From NCBI RefSeq assembly GCF_000143415.4, contig NW_003314310.1, positions 676,611-740,610 on the forward strand: DNA of 64,000 bases, given 5' to 3'. The stretch comes from Selaginella moellendorffii. Its lineage: Eukaryota > Plantae > Lycopodiophyta. The notes under the pieces are model-generated. The model ran no database searches. It was not told the DNA's origin and worked only from the letters and a program-made list of their open reading frames with translations. This document shows, one piece after another, positions 58,178-64,000 of the stretch (positions within the stretch are counted from its first letter, which is position 1; each line of letters begins with the position of its first letter). The position numbers and the translations under genes are program-made.

Positions 58178-60872
58178 GGCACAATGGAGAAACAGGCCCG
58201 CGGTTTCGGCTAGAGAGGTCGGTGCGTCAAGGCTGCCCATTGGCTCCGTACCTCTTCCTCATGGTTGCGGAGGCTCTAGGGGCATTCCTGGCAGAGGGTG
58301 AAGGAATCAGGGGCGTGGAGTTACCCAAGGAAAGACAGCAACTCCCCGGAACTCAAACGGTGGGAAGGGACCTGCTCGATAGCGCGTTTGCGGATGATAC
58401 AGCACTCTTTCTGCTAGGTACCAAGGCTAACCTGGACACTGCAAGGGCCAGGCTAGAGGCCTTCAATGCAGCAGCAGGAGCGGCCATCAACTGGAACAAG
58501 TCGATAGGAATCAACTGGGGGGAATCTGACATAGAGGCATGGGGACGCGACATCGACTTTCAGTGGCTACCACCAGGGGAGGACACACGCTACCTGGGAA
58601 TTCAGGTAGGAGGTGAGTTCAAAGCTTCCACGCAGGACTCAGCACTGCTGCGGAGGACCAGAACAGCGATTCAGAAATGGGTGCCACGGAAACTGGGACT
58701 GCCGGCAAGGGTGGTGGTGGCGAAAAGCATCGTGTTGCCGTGTACGTGGTACCACCTCTCAGTATGGCCGGTTCTAGAGACTACACTCAAGCGCATAAGG
58801 TCCATGGTGCGCACGTATGTGTGGAAGGGAGCGCTGGTCAGTGGCCGGACGATGGCCAAGGTGGCATGGCAGTCGACAGCGAGACCACGAGTTCTAGGCG
58901 GCTTGGGGATAATCGACCCAAGCGACATGAGCAAGGCGCTGAGGTACAAAGTCATACTAATGGGCCTTCAACCGGGGGCCCAAGCTTGGAAGCTCTTGTT
59001 CAGGCAGAGCATGCTAGCCATCAGGCCGAAGCATGGATTCGCAAGATTGTGGGATGAGGACCCCCGCTGGATGTTCGCGGAGGGCCAAACACAGGTGGTA
59101 GGGGGAGGCCAGTTGGTCCAGGGTCTCCATCGGCTCTGGAAGTCATTTCCAGTGACGCAGGTCATCCCGAACAGGGCAGAGGACTGGCTGAATCAGCCGC
59201 TATTTTTCAATGAGTTGTTCAAGGCAGGAGACAGGACACTAGGCCGAGAGAACCACTACACCATATGGAGGCGGGTACACCAAGGAGGCTTCAGGACAGT
59301 CAAACAACTAGTTGGAGTGGTAGATCCGGATCCACAGAAATCATCCCGGCGCTTCCAAGTTTTTGGGCCAGGGAAGTGGCGGGACGTGAAGTGGGATCTA
59401 CTGAAGCTACTGCGGGCAGTGACAGAGGCACGGACAGTGGATAAATGGCCAGCAAGAAGACTACACGCTGGGGACTTTGTGGCAATTCAAAGGGAGGAAA
59501 CGTCGGATGGCGAGCAAGTACCACTTGGGAGATGGACTCGAGCATTCACGATGCCAACCCCAGCATGGAATGAGGGGGAGATTGAGGTGTGGTTTGTGAC
59601 AGAACCAGAACAGAACCTCGGTAGGCCTTTTCGTGTAGTGAGAGGCGACACACTCCTCAAGGCAGGGAATCCCCAACAGATGCCGCAGGTCACGGACGAT
59701 GAAGTGAAAGGACGAATCCGGGTTCTAAGACAGACAGCAACTCGGACAGAAGTGGTAGAGTCACCATGCTGGTTAGAAGGAGAGGGACGGCTAGTATGGT
59801 GGAGGAAAGAGTTAATAGAAGACCTGGACTGGGACCCAGCAGTGTGGAGACGCGGGGCGAACGGCTTCTTCACTTACGAGGTCAAGGACGCGCGGAACGG
59901 TTTGATGGTGAACAGGGAATTTGAGAGAGAAGAAATCCCACGACTGTGGCAAAAGTGGATCACGCTAGGAGTGGAGGCGGACCAGGTGATTGACAATACT
60001 ATGGCGTTCTGGAAACTACCGATCCAGGAAAAATCGAAGGTAACCTCTTGGCTCGTGGCGACGAATGGGCTGCCAGTAGGCCAGCGATTTCAAGCGGAGA
60101 ATGCTCGCAAGTGTCCGGAATGCGGGGAACTGGAGACGGTCACACACCTCCTCTGGGACTGTGACGTGGCCAAGGAGACGTGGCGGCAGGTAGCAAAAGC
60201 GACGAGGGAACTAGGGGACAAGCAGGACTTCGAAATTCGAGAAGGGGATGTCACCCAATGGTTTCCAGAGGCAAGGGGACCATGCACAGGAGCAGCTTGG
60301 CGGAAGATCGGGTGTTGGGGACGCTCAGGATGGGGCACCCGAGTTAGGTGGGACGCGGTAGGCGCCGAAGTTGGGACTACAGTGTGGGAGGCCCTTGGAC
60401 GGGCGAGATGGGAGGTATGGCGGGCTTCCGGGGTACAGGCACTCTGGGAGGCTCGGAACCGCAACCACTTCGAAGGGCAGTGCGCTCGGATTTCAGCGAT
60501 CATGGCGATTTGGTGGAGGCTCACACTAGCTGCTATCCGCTTGAGGGATACGCTGCTCCAGGAGCATGGGAAAAACAGGGAGGCACTCACAGCTTGGCGA
60601 CGACTATGGACTCCGTGCTACAGAACTGAACACGAGGGGGAGGTCAAGTGGAAATGGAGACCTTCGGACACGGTAACAAAGGAGGCTCGACGTGGTGATC
60701 TGGCGCTGGATGCACTGCGGAGGCGACGACCACAGCAGCCACGATTGGAGGGCAGCGATCACTACTAGGTGGAGAATTGCAGGACAGCGTAGTTGAGTGA
60801 ACAGCGCTAAGGGATTCTTGCTTTTTTGTATCAGTCCCTAAGGGACTTGGAGAAATGTACATACACGTTGCA
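58178..60872 (+). mobile_element. 5'-truncated LINE (L1/Tx1-like non-LTR retrotransposon) with 13-bp target-site duplication
   Basis: GC-rich island in AT-rich DNA. TCAACACTTAGGT flanks both ends (58165-58177, 60873-60885). ORF2 remnant is intact to its stop at 60768. Confidence 0.93.
58180..60768 (+). CDS. LINE ORF2 C-terminal part (RT domains 4-7 to zf-RVT), N-terminally truncated
   Basis: NGE.GPRFRLERSVRQGCPLAPYLF, FADDT (YADD-type), INWNKS, RYLGIQVG, KVAW....PRVLGGLGI and zinc knuckle CPECGELETVTHLLWDC...W. Confidence 0.88.
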   Translation, partial: HNGETGPRFRLERSVRQGCPLAPYLFLMVAEALGAFLAEGEGIRGVELPKERQQLPGTQTVGRDLLDSAFADDTALFLLGTKANLDTARARLEAFNAAAGAAINWNKSIGINWGESDIEAWGRDIDFQWLPPGEDTRYLGIQVGGEFKASTQDSALLRRTRTAIQKWVPRKLGLPARVVVAKSIVLPCTWYHLSVWPVLETTLKRIRSMVRTYVWKGALVSGRTMAKVAWQSTARPRVLGGLGIIDPSDMSKALRYKVILMGLQPGAQAWKLLFRQSMLAIRPKHGFARLWDEDPRWMFAEGQTQVVGGGQLVQGLHRLWKSFPVTQVIPNRAEDWLNQPLFFNELFKAGDRTLGRENHYTIWRRVHQGGFRTVKQLVGVVDPDPQKSSRRFQVFGPGKWRDVKWDLLKLLRAVTEARTVDKWPARRLHAGDFVAIQREETSDGEQVPLGRWTRAFTMPTPAWNEGEIEVWFVTEPEQNLGRPFRVVRGDTLLKAGNPQQMPQVTDDEVKGRIRVLRQTATRTEVVESPCWLEGEGRLVWWRKELIEDLDWDPAVWRRGANGFFTYEVKDARNGLMVNREFEREEIPRLWQKWITLGVEADQVIDNTMAFWKLPIQEKSKVTSWLVATNGLPVGQRFQAENARKCPECGELETVTHLLWDCDVAKETWRQVAKATRELGDKQDFEIREGDVTQWFPEARGPCTGAAWRKIGCWGRSGWGTRVRWDAVGAEVGTTVWEALGRARWEVWRASGVQALWEARNRNHFEGQCARISAIMAIWWRLTLAAIRLRDTLLQEHGKNREALTAWRRLWTPCYRTEHEGEVKWKWRPSDTVTKEARRGDLALDALRRRRPQQPRLEGSDHY

Positions 60873-61849
60873 TCAACACTTAGGTCATGATAATTTATGT
60901 TAAAGTGAACTTATGTAAACTTGTAAGTAGAAGAAAGTTGATTGAGTCTTGAGAAATTACATTTCTAGACTGAAAGTCATTCTTTTTTTAAGATGGAAAA
61001 TTTTTCTACAAAATTTCTAAGGCTTTTCCAATGGTTGATATATAAATTATTTTTCCACTCAATTCATTTTTGTGTACTATTGCAAACTATTAGAGTTGAC
61101 TTCAATTACCTTAGATCTTAGTAGATAGTTTATATAATGTGGCCTAAAAGGCATGTTAACTTTTGGGGCTAAGGCAACAATTAGATTGAGTCTAAAGTTA
61201 ATATAGAAGGGTGGTTATTTTGCTTTTCTAGTGTAGCGCACCCTAGGCTATATTTAATCTATAGTGTTGAATTGTATTGAGTCTTGAACATGATGATTCA
61301 CTCTTTAGTGATATATTATCTGTAGCTGAGTATTATTAAAGGATTAGTCTTGGATATTGAATAAAGTATCTTTAATATTGTTTAATTTGGTTGCTATAGA
61401 GTTTTGAGTGGTGATTCGCTTTTTCTTTCTTTTAGCTTTGTTTTAGTGTTGATTATATTGAAATGATGCCTTGACATTGACATTATTGATGTTGAGAATG
61501 GAGTGAAATAAGATGTTTCTCCATGAGCATATTGCAAAAGTTATATTTTCCATCTATAATGGTTTAGATAGTGAAGGATCAATTGTGCATATTAGAGATT
61601 GACATTTTGTTTCACTAGTCTTGATAAAAATGGTGTTGATAATTTAGATATAAGTTCACACAACATCTTAGTGTGTAGTGAGATAAAATTTTCATTGAAA
61701 AGCTTCCTCTCCTGCAAAATAAAAAAGAAAGATCTCAAGTCATAAAACCATGACAACAATATGACCTTATTTGACTGGGAAGCAACAATACATACTTGAG
61801 TAGCAATTGGGATAAACTTGACTTGTCCCTAGGACAGCATCCATTTAGT

Positions 61850-62090
61850 AAGACCTTGATGTGCATTCCACCTAGTTGCACTGCAGCCTATGAAGAGAAA
61901 CTTTGCCGTGAAAGATGCCCAATGCGGGCATATGCAATCACCATTGTAGTCCAGGTCACCACGTCCCTCTCCTATAGAGAATCAAAGGTTTTTCTATCCT
62001 TAGCAACACAATTCATTGCAAAAGGCCTATAACAAGATTTTCTATAAGAAGACATTGGGATCCTGAATCAAGTGAAAGACCTTGATTGCC
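61850..62090 (-). pseudogene. Degenerate PLS-class PPR fragment
   Basis: Minus strand reads KTFDSL*ERDVVTWTTMVIAYARIGHL. Confidence 0.6.
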
Positions 62091-64000
62091 TCCAGTCTTA
62101 ACTTTACGAGTTAAAGTTTTTAGTCTAAAAGTGTTATGTTCATTACTTTAGCTATTGCGTTATAGATCATTTTCGGCTCCACTTTAGGACTTAGGGATTT
62201 TTATCTTACAATTATGTTTTTTTTTCATACATAAAAACTGCATTTTAAATTCACAAGTCCAACCATAATAAAAATAATTATTTTTTGGTGATGGATTATC
62301 ACATTCTTTTTCAAAATATGGATTTAAAAAAAATATAAAATCACTTCATAAAATTTAAATATCATAATATCTGCTTTACTGGGGACTTTATATTTTTACT
62401 TAATTTATAATATATTTTAAAGTAACCTTGAGTCTTCTATTCATATATGTGTTAGTGTGCATAGAGAAGAACTTCATCTGTGTGGAGTCTACGATGGCTC
62501 TACACATAAATAACCTTGTGGATAAACAATTATAATTGCATCATCAATAATTTGTGGATGATACTCATAGATAGCTCATATAAATATTACAATAATCTTT
62601 ATCAACTCAAATGTATTAAGTCCACTCAAGTCAATAGCATACAGTCTCTCTCTTTAAAACCATCATAATGGTTTACATGACTAAAATGTTTGTTTAGAAG
62701 AAAACCAGATTTAGAAGAAAGTATTATTTTAGGATATTTTATAAGTAGGATAAATCATTCAGTCAGATTTATCCTACTGACTGAATGATAAATGTTCACC
62801 CTAAACCGGTTTTGGAGCAAATTCTTGAGAAATCTGAATTATGGTGATGGCATTGGTGCTAAAGAGATCTTAGAAGTAAGGAGTATACTCTTAGAACATT
62901 ATGTTGACTCAAGGCTTTGATCAAAGCTTCTTTAGTTTAGAAAACTACTTAGACATAGTTTAAAAGTAGATTTATCCCAAGTTTAAGTCTACTATGTATA
63001 TTGCAAAATCTTATGAGATTTGAATAAGACTCACGAATTGAAAATTTGAAAGCGATTATCAGAAACCACTATAACTATTCGAACTACTTTATGCATAGTA
63101 CAACTAAGTGAATTAGTCAAGGCTCATCTCTTACATATAAAGAGCTGACTCAAACATTTGAGATTACAAACACTGCTTAATGTGAAAGGTGTCACTCTTT
63201 TATAGATTTTGAGAGCACTTATATCACACCTATTTATTTATATATTTGCTTTTTGTCTATGCCTCACTACAAGGGATATAAGGCATGTTTCATGTGATTG
63301 CCCTTGATTCCTCTTTATGGGGCTAGATGTGTGAAAATCTACCCTTCAGATTAGTTGAGTGACACTCAATTGATAGGGGAAACATTCACCACTCTATATG
63401 TGAAACACCCTTTACAAAACGTGGACCACAATTTGTGAAATATGATCCATAGTTGTATGTATGTCCTCACATAAGAGAATGAATATTTTCCATATAGGCA
63501 AAATTATATAAGTACTCTAGTAAAAGTTATAACTCAATTTCCACTTACATCTGGAATGCACAAATCACTCCATGTGCTAATAAAATTTTTGTTAGATGAA
63601 ACAGTTGAGAGGCTTCACACCATAAATGTAGAATAAAGAGCTATAGAGCTTGCTACTAAGCTTAGGCATTAGTTTTGGAAACACTACTACCATCACTTTA
63701 ATCTCTAAAGAACTAGAACAAGTTTAAAGGGGTTTTATCTAAAAAAGTGAAATAGCTATATATACTTCCAGAAATTTTGAAATATATTTCAAAGCTCAAG
63801 GATTTATCATACAAGATTTAGCAAAGATTTATATTGACCATTACTACTTGTTGGTGAAGAGGTTAAAGAGAACTTTTCCTTGAAAAGCAATTTTTATCTA
63901 GATATAAAATAAAGTCTTCCGTGAATTAGTTATTATATGTTTGATATGCTACCTAATGTCATTCCACAAGAAAATTAATCTAGAATAGGCTATCATGTGC

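Noticed and set aside
63170-63750. Recurring TGTGAAA/Cys-codon pattern suggesting a Cys-cluster transposase remnant
   Set aside because: Frames are broken and the similarity is too vague to support without a profile search.

Overview
Eukaryotic nuclear DNA from a land plant. The very short (~50-70 nt) GT-AG introns, extreme gene density and abundant PLS-class PPR debris point to a Selaginella-type lycophyte (inference). The left ~40 kb is gene-dense: an AIRP2-like RING E3 ligase, a small RWPVQGW-motif protein, an Old Yellow Enzyme/OPR-like reductase with an inverted deleted copy, an STP7-like sugar transporter, a leishmanolysin-like M8 peptidase, a WDR62/MAPKBP1-like WD40 protein, a BCL7-like (BDH) protein, an SCL SR splicing factor, a GDSL lipase, a DUF674 protein, an RSL1D1-like protein, FGAM synthase (PUR4), an orphan ORF and a P-class PPR gene. 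From ~40.5 kb onward the sequence is AT-rich and littered with PPR pseudogene fragments and decayed transposons. This part also holds an ARID/ELM2 gene, a young 5'-truncated LINE with a 13-bp TSD and no poly(A) tail, and two intact, intronless, paralogous genes for small secreted Cys-rich proteins of no family I recognise. The best novelty candidates are (1) that secreted Cys-rich protein pair, which shares upstream motifs, and (2) two copies of a 66-nt tRNA-Ala-derived RNA element with a perfect B-box and oligo-T terminator but no normal D or anticodon arm, flanking the OYE locus. Exon boundaries were read by eye and no database searches were possible.
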